From Marsupella aquatica (lineage: Eukaryota > Plantae > Marchantiophyta): a DNA stretch of 64,000 nucleotides. Made by a program: the position numbers and the translations under genes. Below are positions 1 through 11,585 of the stretch, in pieces (position 1 is the first letter of the stretch; each line of letters starts with the position of its first letter). Below the pieces are notes generated by a model that saw only the letters and a list, made by a program, of their open reading frames with translations, made no database searches and was not told where the DNA came from. The DNA is taken from assembly GCA_973895155.1 (NCBI GenBank), contig OZ316897.1, positions 10,191,832 through 10,255,831 of the forward strand. Reading direction: 5' to 3'.

Positions 1-40
1 TTGGTACAAGTCATGGAAGAAGTCGCGAGAGGACTCCTCC

Positions 41-3000
41 TTGCCGTTAACTTGGGAAAACCTGGTTGAGGGTCTCCATGCTCATGTCACCACTAAGTAC
101 CCAAAGTGGCACGCTCAGATATGTGTAATGGAGATGAGCTTCAGGGGTGATATCCAAAAGTTCATCACTTATTACCAGAATCAGTTGGCGTGTATCCCGG
201 CGGGACAAGAGACCCTACATACACAGCTTCACAACTTTATCGTGAAGCTCCCGCTGTTGCTCAGGGAAAAGTTGCAAGAAAAGTGTCATGAGTTCAAAAC
301 GCTTTCTGACGCCTTTGACAAGGCCACTACGTTGGTGAATAACCGACCGGACTTGGCGAAGGTGGGTGGCAAGGGATCCGAGGGGGAAGCTGGGAAAGCG
401 AAAGGTCCCGGGAATAAGCGTAAGCAACCTGAGGGGGCGGGGGCCGGTGGTTCGGATCCCCAGCCCCAGAATGGAGAAGCTAAGCAAAACCGGAAGGCCG
501 GCAACTTCAAGAAAGGAGCTCATCAGCACAGAAAGCAAATAAGCAGGAAACCATGGAGCAAAGGCGGGCTGAAGGTTTGTGCTTCACATGTGGTGCCATG
601 GGCCATCAAAGTAAGGATTGTTCCACAAAAGGTGGCAAGCCAAACGGAGATGGTGGAGGGCAGAAGAGCATTAAGGTAAGTATCGCTCTAACCAAACCCT
701 TCGTAGCTGACAAGGTCCCTGTAGGGGATGTCCCTGACGGAGAGAGGGTGTTGTTGCGAGAGAAGATACCTAAAGTTAAGACAATGGATCCTGAAAAACT
801 GATTTTTGTGAATGTCACTTCTAACGGTAATCCGGGTGTTGCTTTGGTGGATACAGGCGCGACCACCTGCTTCATAAGTGGGCAGGCGGCAGCTCGTCTT
901 GGGGTGGACGTGCAAGAGTTGCTACAACCGTTAGTGTGCAAGTTTGCCAACGACACAAAGGGGATAGTGTCCAGAGTAGTGCACTTTTGTTGTTGTCATA
1001 GGCGAACAACAATAGTCATAGTCAACAACAAATTTTTGTTAGTCAGGAGATGTTTTACGTTCTAGACGGTCTAGCCATAGACTTCATTTTGTCGATAGGT
1101 TATCTCAGAAAGCACAATGTTACCTTGAAACCGGAGGGTGAGGTGCTCCATTTTCCCAATAAGGGCGGTGAGCACATCGTTGTACATGAAATTACCGAAA
1201 ATAAAGAAAGATTTCTTAAAGTAAGTAAAGTGTCGTGGATGTCTCCGTGTGTATCGGCGAAGCAATGGTGGAAAGACTTCAAGGGTGGACATGAATGTTT
1301 CTTCTTTCATCTCCACCCAACTAAGGAGGCTGCGTCGTAAACCAAAGGTCAAGTCAGCTAAGGTCAGGCCCGATTGCGGTCAAATTCCTGAAATTTTAGA
1401 GAAATTCAACAACGTGCTCTTGCAGAAGCTACCTAAAGGTTTACCCCCGCGGAGAGAAGTGGATCACCAAGTTGAGTTGGAGCCGGGATTGGCTCCTCAG
1501 GCTAAAGCTCCTTATCGTTTGAACCTGAACGAATGATGTTGAAAAATGCCTTGGAAGAGTTGATCAACCAGGGGTTCATTCGCCCTAGTAAGAGTCCTTA
1601 TGGGGCGCCCATGCTATTTGTGTCCAAAAAGGATGGTACTTTGAGATTGTGCGCAGATTACCGGGCCCTCAATAAGCAAACGGTAAAGAACAAGTACCCG
1701 TTACCTCATATGGATGACCTCTTCGATTGCCTCTCTGGGGCTAAGAAGTTTTCAAAGGTGGACTTGCGGTCTGGGTATTACCAGATCCGCATGGCTACGG
1801 GAGATGAGTCTAAGACCGCGATGTGCACAAGGTTCGGATCCTATGAGTTTTTGGTTATGCCGTTCGGGTTGTGTAATGCAACCACAACGTTCATGAAGAT
1901 GATGAATACCATCTTTCATGACTTGTTGGACCAAGGAGTGGTTGTCTTTATTGACGACATCCTAATCTACTCGAAAACGTTGGAGGAACATGAGCAGTTG
2001 CTCAAAGAAGTGTTCTCTCACCTTCGTAAGGCTCGTCTCTTTGCTAAACGTAGCAAGTGCGAGTTTGCAATGAACGAGATTCAGTTCCTCGGGCATACCT
2101 TTACCCCGGAAGGGATTACGCCTAGTCAGGACAAGCTTAAGGAGATCAAAGAATGGGAGCGCCCGTCCAATGTAAGGCAAGTTAGAGCCTTCTTAGGATT
2201 TACGGGGTTCTATCGGAGATACATGAAAGACTATGCGAGGATCATGAGGCCCCTAAACGCGCTAACGATGAAAAACAAAATGTTTGTGTGGACACAGGAT
2301 TGTGAGTTAGCATTCCTAGAACTTAAGAGGTTAATGATAACGCCGCCGGTTCTAAAATTACCTGAGATGGGGAAGCCATTCGAGATTTGGACAGACGCAA
2401 GTGATTATGCCATTGGCGCCTGTCTTCACCAAGATGGGCGTCCTGTGGCCTTTGAGTCATGTAAGTTGGAAAATCATTGGATCACGCCGAAAAGGGAAAT
2501 GTATGTTGTGATCAATGCATTGAAGAAGTGGGAGATTTACCTTAAGAACGGTCCCAAAATGGTAATCCACACAGATAGCTTGCCGGCCGGGTACTTCAGT
2601 TCTAAGCCAAGGCTGAACCCCAAGGAAATGCGGTGGCAAATGTTCTTGGCCGCCACGTTCCAGGGAAGACAAATACGGCAACGGACGCGTTATTGCGTAA
2701 GGACCAACATCGTGTCAATGGGATCACGATGCTCGAATCCGAGTGGCCAAAGGTTCCAGCTGCGGCGTATGGGGATGACAGGTTAGCTAAGGAATGGCAA
2801 AGCAATGGGGGTAGCCAAGAAAAGGTAAGGCACGTATCGTTGGGGTTGGATAAGACGCATAATGTCCAGTTATGGCAATACAAGCAGAGGCATGTGTACA
2901 TACCGGAGTCTCTAAGGTTAGAGGTTCTGCAAAAGTACCACGACTTGCCCTAGGGAGGGCATGGAGGACAAGCCGCTACGTATCGCAGCATGTCGCGAGA

Positions 3001-4300
3001 TGTGTATTGGTCGGACATGAAGCAATTGGTCCTTCAACACGTGCAAAGTTGTTACTCGTGCCAAAAGAACCAAACGGTCTATAGGGCAAAAGGAGGACTA
3101 CTGTAACCCTTACCAGTAGCTGCGGCTCCATGGGAGTCTATCTCCATGGACTTCATTGTTGGGTTACCTGAGTCCCACGGCAGTAACTCCATCTTAACAA
3201 TCATGGATCGTTTTTCCAAGATGGCGTATTTCTTGCCTACTACGAAGATGGTTTCGGCCTGAGAGGTTGTCGGTCTAGTATTTGACAATGTCTTCCGACA
3301 ATGGGGATTGCCGTTGCATATCCTGTCCGATCGCGATACCAAGTTCACGGGCCATTTCTAGAAGGCGTTGTTCCGGTTATCCGGAACAGACCTGACTAGG
3401 GGATTAGTGTATCATCATGAGACAGATGGCCAAACGGAACGGGTTAATGATATCGTGGAAGACTACTTGCGTCACTTTGTGACGGCCAATCAAAAGGATT
3501 GGGCGAAGCATTTAACAATGGCCGAGTTTAGGTATAACTCGACCAAGCATTCGGCGACGGGGTTTGCACCGTTTGTGTTGGCCACAGGGAGGATGCCAAG
3601 GGCGCCCTCCTGGTTTATAAATCCGGAAGCTTGGCGGACAAAAATCAAGGTTCCTTCTGCAGACGATTTTATTCGAGAGTGGCGCCTAGTTGTGGAAGCG
3701 GCTACCAAGGGTATGACCCTTGCCCAAAGTCGGTACAAGGAGCAAGGGGATAAACATCGACGCCAAGTAAGCTTTGAAATTGGGGAGAGCGTCTGGTTGC
3801 AGTTGAGACCTGAGCAATACCATGGGAACATAAGTAGGAAGCTGGCTCCCAAATATGTGGGGCCCTATCGCATTATACGATGGGCCCACAAGGATAATCC
3901 GGTTTCGGTGGTGTTGGAGACACCCAAGGAAATGGGTGTGGGCAAAAGCTACCATGTTAGCCGGCTCAAGAAATTTGTCAAGGACGACGATCCCAACCGA
4001 GATCAAGTCTTGCGTCCGGACGCCATGCTGGTAGAGGACGCTGAGGATTTTGAGGTGGAGGCAATTCTGGACCACCGTTACAAACGCAAATTGGGAAGGC
4101 AAATCTTGGAGTATTTGGTGAAGTGGGCTGGCTATGACCAGGCCAAAAGTACTTGGGAGCCGGAAGAAAATTTGGGTAATGCCTCAGAGATCCTTGGACG
4201 CTATTGTAAGCAAGCGGCCTACCGCCGTTGTGAACTGGCACAGGCAACTGTAGCTACCTTTGTGAGTTGTATCCTAGTTTCACTCCTCTCGGCCTCTTAA
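41..4300 (+). pseudogene. gag-pol polyprotein pseudogene of the Gypsy element
   Basis: Polyprotein split over ORFs 41-679, 553-1065, 1050-1340, 1533-2786, 2633-2953 and 3368-4300 by frameshifts. In-frame stops at 2951, 3104, 3260 and 3359. Confidence 0.92.
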
Positions 4301-4658
4301 GGATAAAGTCGGATTGCGTTGGTGCTAGAGGTTGTTGGGCGGCCAATTTGCTTTTTGCAAGTGGAAGTTGATGGTGCCCGCCCTACATCTATGGGCGGGC
4401 TAGTTCGAACCAAAGGGGAGCGCCCCAAGGGGAGGACAATGGGTCCGACGAGTTTGGAGTTAGCTTACCCGTTGGGACTGGCATCCTACTTGGATAAGTG
4501 GGATAGGTTGGAATTTCCTAAGTTTGGAATGCGCATACCAACCTGGTTTGCATCAGCCTTATGGGCAAACCATTTGTTACCTCATAATATTTTTAAGGCC
4601 CAAAGTGGTCTAGGCGTGTTGGAACGTTGACCGAGGTCATGCGGACGTGACCATTTTT

Positions 4659-6130
4659 AAGGGGGGTGCAAGTCACGGAACTCGACTACCTTAACACTTA
4701 GCTGCGGCGTCGCTGACTCCGACGCCGAGCTCCCTTATGGTCCAGGCCCGGATAGGCCATCCGGGGAGGACTTAGCATGGGGAGACTTGAGGGCAATGAG
4801 ACGTGGCACTAGCGAGGCAAGGGGCCAAGCTGGGGACACACACTCAGGACTTGGACTAGCCTATGGCTGGTCGGGTCAAGGGGAAATGGGTCGGGCTCAA
4901 GCATGGCAGTCCGGACCTTCAGATGGACTTTGAGTTCTGAGGGCTTGGGAGTGAGCTCCTCTTGGGCCCAAGGCCAATGGAGTTGACGCCATTGGCAACG
5001 GACGCTTGGGGCGCAAGTTGTGGCCCGATCCGGGTTGGGCCGGTCGGGGGCCCCAAGCGGCGATCAGACCTGAGGGCCTAGGCATGAGCATTGGGTCGGC
5101 CCGGTCACAATGGGCTAAGGCACTCCGCTTGCGGATGCCTATCAAGAAAGTTATGGGCGTTGCCAGTTGGTGGCGCGCCCATTATGCGCGATGGGATCCG
5201 GGTTGGGGGCCAAATGTTTAAGGACCAAAGCTGGTCCGGGGGTGGCAAGTCTCCAGAAGCATATATGAGGGGAGTGGTGTCTCCCTGGGGGCTAAGGGCG
5301 AGCCGAAGTCGTGAGCCACGGCGGTCGCGACACTAAGGGAAACCGCCAAATGGAAATGGCGATATCTTCCCAACGGGAAGTCCGTTGGAGGACTTCCTGG
5401 GTTTGTTAGAAAGCTCAAGCTCAGATAGGCCCGGGGGTGCCGTGATTTCTCGTGGTTTGCAGGTGTTAGCTCGCCCGCTTGCCAAATCCTGCCGAACAGC
5501 AGCCAGACCGCGTTCAATCTCCCAAGGGAGCTTGCGTTGGGGAGGCAAGGCCAAGTAGGTGCGGAGGCTGAGTTCCAAGGGTGCTCGGCCCCTAGACCAC
5601 CAGTGGGCAAACCGGGAGCGGTTGCTAGAGTCGGGACCGTTCTGGTCCCGGCGTCTTGGGACAAGCTTTAGGACAAGGTACGCTATTTGGGCCATGAGCA
5701 TGTCCTGAGGTCAAGGCGGTCAGTTGGTGATGGATAGGTACGAGGGGGAACCTGGGCCGCGCCCATGGAAGGAGCTGTTCTGGACGAACAGTGGGCGTGG
5801 GTTCTGGTTCCGGCTTATGGCATCGGGAGGACCTATCGCTGACCTATTTACCAACGTCTGTTGAGCTTGAGTTAGGATGCAAGACTTGACGAGTTCTAGA
5901 TCCTGAAGGGTTACTTACCGAGGTGCTTGGTTGCTTGTGCAGATAGGGAGGACCGTTGAGTAGCGGTCGTGTTAGAGAGCAAGTGCGGCTTCGTATGGGC
6001 GGGGCCGCTGGCGGTGCAAAGGGGCACTAGGTTGCTTGCTTGAGGTATTCCGCGGAGGCGTTCGGGCACCAAGGGCACTTAGGCGTGAGTGCTGGGATTG
6101 GTGAGGGCGCTGGGTGGCGAAGTCCACCAC
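4659..6130 (+). repeat. Polypurine tract and probable 3' LTR
   Basis: AAGGGGGG at 4659-4666 is followed by ...AGTCACGG, resembling a degenerate TGTCACG LTR start. The 5' LTR is not in the window, so the end cannot be verified. Confidence 0.5.
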
Positions 6131-7444
6131 TCTAGGAAAAAGAGATCCAAAGTGCCTCAGGATGCCAGGACCAGCAGGAACAACAGGAAGTAATTTTTAA
6201 ACTAGTCATCGGAAGCAAATCATTGTTGGAGATTATTTTGCCCTCACTATTAGCAGCAGTATTTGCCCCTGGATTTACTTCTTATCCATTGAGACAGTTG
6301 ACCAAGACCCATTTCCAGTCCAATGGGGTCTCTTTGGGTGGCATAAATGCATTTGGCTGGTTACTATTCTGGCCCATTGGCTTTTGTTTTCTCTCCCTCT
6401 GCTATTTTTGCCGAACCTGGTTCATTTGGTGCACCGTCACCTTTCTCTACAAATAAATATTAAAAAGGGTAGGAAAAATAATGTGGAAGATATTTACATG
6501 AGTGGAAAATGCTGAGAGGGGGCGGCAAGTGAAAAACTAAGGTGGAGAGCTTGAGGGTAGGAAACCCTGCTGATTTTTTACCCCTCAGAGATTAACTCTG
6601 GACCTAATTATGAGTGTAAACAGCTGCAGTTGGTTTAATAAGAATTTCAAGTTACTGCCAATTCAGATATGCTGTCTACCAAATCCTACATGGCAAGCAG
6701 TGGGGCCAAAGAAATGCTAATGTAAATAGTCTAAAATTTCAGGTATTTGCAGTCAATCTGAGTAGATTTTTGGTTTGGAGTCCATTTTTAGAACAAGTTT
6801 ATTGAACTTCACTTCAAAAGTTTTTCTATTTGGAGTAACAACTGTTCCTCAAGTTGAATTTTTATTTGAAGGCTATTGTTATAACAAGAAGTGTCCCTCT
6901 AGATTATCTCTCACAACAAGAGGTGACTCTCCTGGCCAACTGACCTAAGGTTCTAGGCTAATCCCCTGACCAATGTAAATTTGGTCAGGAACAAAGGTTA
7001 CGGCATTGTGTAATCATTTCTGGAGGTCCTTGTTATTTCCACATCTATGACACGGAAATTTGTCAATGTAAACGTTGTTTCATACTGAATTCACATACTA
7101 TGATGAGGGTCCAGGCTGGGGTTCTAGTTTGAACCCTGCTCCTAGAATGCTCAGAAAAACTTAAGGGTATCACCCATAAGCTTTTCTTCACTTTCTGGTC
7201 ACACAATTACAAGCTAGTACTCCTATACTCAAACCATGATTGTTGTGTATTTTTCCTAAGCCAGTTGCTATGGAGTCCATCTTTTACAAATGTGCCTCCA
7301 GTTTCCTTTGGAGCACTTTACTCAAAGAACAATTGTCCTATATTTTTCCTAAGCCAGTTGCTATGCTATGGAGTCCATCTTTTGGGTGCCTCCAGTTTGC
7401 TTTGGAGACAAAAAGTCACAAGTGACCCACACTTCTTTTAATTA

Positions 7445-7897
7445 GGGCGTCTCAAAGCTGGGTTATTAGTGAAACTTACAAATTTGTGGTATATCCCATA
7501 ACTTCAGTTATGGGCCTACTTATGGAACTTTTAAAATTGGGGGAGGTAGCATTGACCCGCCCCATAAGGCAGGAGTTACGGCCTCACCTGTTTCCTAGCC
7601 AATATTTTGTTTACTCCATTCTTGATCAACCACCACCTCAAATACAGTAACCATCACCATGTCAGGCGCGAAGCCCACATGCCTTTAGTTGTGGCTCTCC
7701 GGAATTCTAGACTCCGGGATTTTCAAATTTGTGTCTAAAGTTGTGGGAAACTTACTGATTAAGTGTTGAACCAGTGGGTTCCGGTGAACTTCCTTATTGT
7801 AGCTGCAGATTGACTCCCATAACTTTTAGAACACTTCCATTAATAATAACTTATGGGAAGGTCTTATCTTGTCAAGGCCAATGTTTGAGACTCCCCC
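7445..7897. mobile_element. Tourist/PIF-Harbinger-like MITE
   Basis: Left end TTA|GGGCGTCTCAAA and right end TTTGAGACTCCCCC|TTA form an imperfect TIR with a TTA target-site-like flank. Internal CCATAACTT / AAGTTATGG-type motifs. Confidence 0.55.
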
Positions 7898-7915
7898 TTA
7901 AGTGACCGGATACAA

Positions 7916-8020
7916 TCACCGGTGACTCACGAATAACAGAGCTCTTCCTCACTGGAAAGCACATCGAAGTCACCGGGGACTCACGAATAACAGAGCTCTT
8001 CCTCACTGGAAAGCACGTCG
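7916..8020 (+). repeat. 54-bp tandem duplication upstream of the peroxiredoxin
   Basis: TCACCGG(T/G)GACTCACGAATAACAGAGCTCTTCCTCACTGGAAAGCAC starts at 7916 and again at 7970. Confidence 0.9.
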
Positions 8021-8143
8021 GACCCGGAGATTGACTTGCCTCGAGGTTCTCAGTGCTCCCCCCCTAAAGACAAGCTTCGGAGGCCGAGCAAATTATAAGA
8101 GCCAAAGCGGAGAACTGATTGTGCGAGAGATCGAGAGAAAGAG

Positions 8144-8199
8144 GAGCAGAGCAGAACAGAGCAGAGCAGAACAGCAGAGCAGAGCAGAACAGAGCAGAA
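8144..8199 (+). repeat. (AGAGC)n-type microsatellite in the putative 5' UTR
   Basis: Repeated GCAGA/ACAGA units. TATA-like TTATAAG at ~8093. Confidence 0.8.
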
Positions 8200-8279
8200 A
8201 AGAGCGAGCAGTTGACTGTGAGCTGATCAGTGCGAGAGAGTGAGGAGGCGGTGAACGAGAGATTAACAGCGTAGGCAAG

Positions 8280-8948
8280 ATGTCGTTGAAGCTCGGAGAT
8301 GTGGCGCCAGAGTTTGTGGCGGAGTCGACTATAGGGAAAATCGATTTCCACAAGTACATTGAAGGATCGTGGTCGATTCTGTTCTCGCACCCGAATGATT
8401 TCACTCCCGTCTGCACGACGGAGCTGGGAGCGGTGGCGAAGAACCTGCCCGAGTTCGAGAAGCTGGGAGTGAAGGTTTTGGCGTTGAGCTGCAATGGTGT
8501 GGAATCGCACAAGGCGTGGATCAAGGATATCGAGAGCTACACTCCGGGAGCTACTGTCGCGTATCCGATCATCTCAGACCCGGACCGGGAGCTGGCTGTG
8601 AAGTTCGGCATGCTGGACCCCGATGAGAAGGATGCGTCTGGAATCCCTCTCACTGCTCGTGCAGTCTTCATCTTCGGCCCCGACAAGAAGCTGAAGCTGT
8701 CGTTCCTCTACCCTGCCACGACTGGCCGTAATTTCGCGGAGGTTCTGCGCGTGATCGCCTCGTTGCAGCTCACTGCTAAGCACAGCGTGGCTACTCCGGT
8801 GAATTGGAATCACGGCGACAAGTGCATGGTAGTGCCAGGGCTTTCGAACGACCAGGCTACGGCCAAGTTTCCCAAGGGCTTCGAACAAGTGAACGTACCC
8901 TCCGGGAAGGGATACATTCGTCTCACTCCCCAGCCCGACCTCGCGTAA
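8280..8948 (+). CDS. 1-Cys peroxiredoxin (Prx6 family), intronless, 222 aa
   Basis: FSHPxDFTPVCTTELG active site; LYPATTGRNF and VATPVNW motifs; full-length ORF. Confidence 0.97.
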   Translation: MSLKLGDVAPEFVAESTIGKIDFHKYIEGSWSILFSHPNDFTPVCTTELGAVAKNLPEFEKLGVKVLALSCNGVESHKAWIKDIESYTPGATVAYPIISDPDRELAVKFGMLDPDEKDASGIPLTARAVFIFGPDKKLKLSFLYPATTGRNFAEVLRVIASLQLTAKHSVATPVNWNHGDKCMVVPGLSNDQATAKFPKGFEQVNVPSGKGYIRLTPQPDLA

Positions 8949-10825
8949 GCGATTTTCGCAGGAATGATTTCTGGTTCGCGCTTCTTGGCCGATACTGGCT
9001 CGGCTGAATCGGGTGACGCCCTTGGTCTTGTCAAGATAGGTTTCATAGACGTGAGAGGAATGATTTCCAATTTATCGTTTCTTGGGTACGCGGCTCGGCT
9101 TTGTTGGTGTGGTCCAGGATTTTGAGCTCTTAGCTGCTGCCGGCTTGATTAACGGAATAAAACACACATATGCAAGTAGGTCGATGATGGTTCTGGAGAG
9201 GAGGAGCAGCAGCATCGATTCCAGGGGTTTAATAAGCAGTAGAACTAGAAGAAGAGGATGACGGTGTTCGTTTAGTATTTGACATTCTCTCATACTCCTG
9301 GTTTGGTCTCGTCTCCTTCCCTGCGGCACGGGCTAGAACTTGTCGCGGTCGTCTCACGATGTATGCCTGCCAAGATGCTATCCTGAATTTTGTATAGATT
9401 TTGCCATTCGCCAGTGTCTAGGAACCTCCCAACGAGCCCTCGACATCACTAATAGTGTGGGCCCTTAGATGACTTCTTTGAGAACTTTCCTGTTTTCGAA
9501 CTGTCAAATCTATGAAATGGACTCAGTGGTCTGATCTGTGTCATACTTTTGCATGCGGCTCAGCTTTTCACAAGGATAGTGTTGCCCATGGGCACGTGCT
9601 TGATTGTATTCTTTGCAAGTGTTGATTACAAGTCGTAGAAGCTGAGAAGTACTGGTTCTCGTTTGATCGGCGCAACCTTCAGCATAATTTGTTAATGCAG
9701 AAGAAACAGGCATGTTTTGGTTGTTACGAGCACTGTCTCTTCCCCGAAACTTGCAGGCGTCGTCTAGTGCTCTGTCTCGTTGTTGACGTCCGTAAAGCTT
9801 CGACATATCTTTGAGTTTTGGTACTGGATGGCAGTGTCTAACTTATGCACGACTTACATGGTCTGTTTCCCTCAATTTCCCGCGTCACCGGAGCTCATGA
9901 TGAGGAAACTGCGAGGTGGTTAAGTTGCTACGAGGATTTAATGGAGGGAAAATTGCGGATGCTCTCACACATGAGAAATGTGACTAGGATAGAAAGCTTC
10001 TCGCAGGTTTCGCGTACGATCATATTTTTGCCCGAAATTGAGGATCATTTACATGCCACTCGTGATACTGTGCCGTACGGACAGGTGAACTTTCTTGCTG
10101 CTGACGTGGCATACAAAGGTATGATAGGTTGAATCGGTAATTAGTGACACAATCATTGCTAAGCTATATCAGATTGGTCCAACTCATATCGTAAGAACAT
10201 GGTTTGGTGGGATATTACCGGGTTATTCGGCGAGCATCATCGACGGTGGACATTCGATTGTTTCGTCGCGTGAAATGTCATGCTGATGGAATTTTCAGCT
10301 TTTCCCTGCGGTTCCTGCAAGAGCAACATTCCAGTCGAATTCTGCCCAGAAATCGGCACAAATTAGCATATCTAGAGTGCAGTCATTCGGATAACGAGAA
10401 TGGGGCAACGGAATTGTCAAAAAAGTATCAAATGATGGCACTAAGGGATGGGAATTGCCAGAAGTTGATGCGTAAGTTCGGTGCACCCCAATTATCGAGA
10501 TTTCGGGATCAAGGATCTGGTTTCTCGCATCGTTGCAAAACTTGCAACTCTACCTAAGGTATGGTCGTGTTCAGGTTTTGAGAATACTAGATAGGGCATA
10601 GGAGTTGTCAAACGTTGGCTATGAGACCCGTCAACTCTGGATATCCTTCGTGGTATCATAGCTGGCCAGTGCGTTCGTTGATTCTACCTCGGTGACTGCT
10701 TCCTTAGCCACATCCGTTTGTTTCTGTTGGCCTTTCTTCTGGTTGGCTTGTAGGGGAATTGTCAAAGACTTGTGACTGGTGCACCCCAATTCCGAGTTTT
10801 CGGGTACATTGCACCTAGTCTGCTG

Positions 10826-10980
10826 GATTCAGAACTTTCGGAGGAATCATGTCCGGTTTTGAGGGAAAAGGGATGTGTCGAGAATCGTCTCTGATTCAAC
10901 ACTTTCGCAAGAGTCATGTCTGCTTTTGAAGGAAAAGCGATGTGTCGAGCACCTTCTCCGATTCAGAACTTTCGCAAGAT
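10826..10980 (+). repeat. Degenerate ~66-bp tandem repeat
   Basis: GATTCA..ACTTTCG appears three times and TCATGTC...GGAAAAG.GATGTGTCGAG twice. Confidence 0.7.
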
Positions 10981-11585
10981 TTCCAGATGTGCTTTCTCGA
11001 AAATTTTCAATCACGACAGACTAGATGCATTGTACTCGAAGAGCGATCCCCTTCGATCACGTTTCAGCATATTCTCTCCCTTGAAGTTATCCACTTGCGA
11101 AAGTCATGAACAACAGCTAGTGCAGGCTCTTTTGGCGGGTGCAAATCCCGACACTATTGCGGGTGCGAAATCCGGAGACTGTACTCTGCAAAGATGAAGC
11201 GTACCAGGATAAGTTAGTGTTGCGCGGCACCGTGGACCCCAGCGGTCAGTGTGCATAAATTAGAGCGTCATATTGCGTAGGCTTCAGCCTATATTAGTAT
11301 GAACTAGAAATCAACACGTTACGTTTCCCGCCATTTAAGGTGCAGTGACTGTAGTCCACTTGCGAACCTCTCACGACGTTTCTACATTCTCGTTCTTCCT
11401 TGATTGCTACTGTAGTTCAAATCGTTTTTCTGGCAATTTGTACAATAAACGGAGATTTGTTGAAAAGGTCTTTTTTCTTGATGAACTAGGACAAGAATGG
11501 GCACTTCCGCGGGCTACTTCGGGGAACTAACGGTCGTCAGCTGTCTGTGCTCAAAATTCTGAAGGCAGCCAATTCGGGCAGGTAT

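Larger units (their letters stand above)
1..6130 (+). mobile_element. Ty3/Gypsy LTR retrotransposon, chromovirus type, decayed; 5' part lies outside the window
   Basis: Domain order is gag (CCHC knuckle CFTCGAMGHQSKDC) - protease (LVDTGAT) - RT (FIDDILIYS) - RNase H ([10 protein letters not shown]) - integrase (SISMDFIVGLP, GPY motif) - chromodomain (FEVEAILDHR...YLVKWAGY...TWEPEENL). A polypurine tract near 4659 is followed by GC-rich LTR-like sequence. The right boundary is approximate (GC-to-AT shift). Confidence 0.93.

Noticed and set aside
4319-5701. Extra ORFs downstream of the integrase (env-like or antisense gene)
   Set aside because: Short, low-complexity ORFs in GC-rich LTR/UTR sequence with no recognisable domain.
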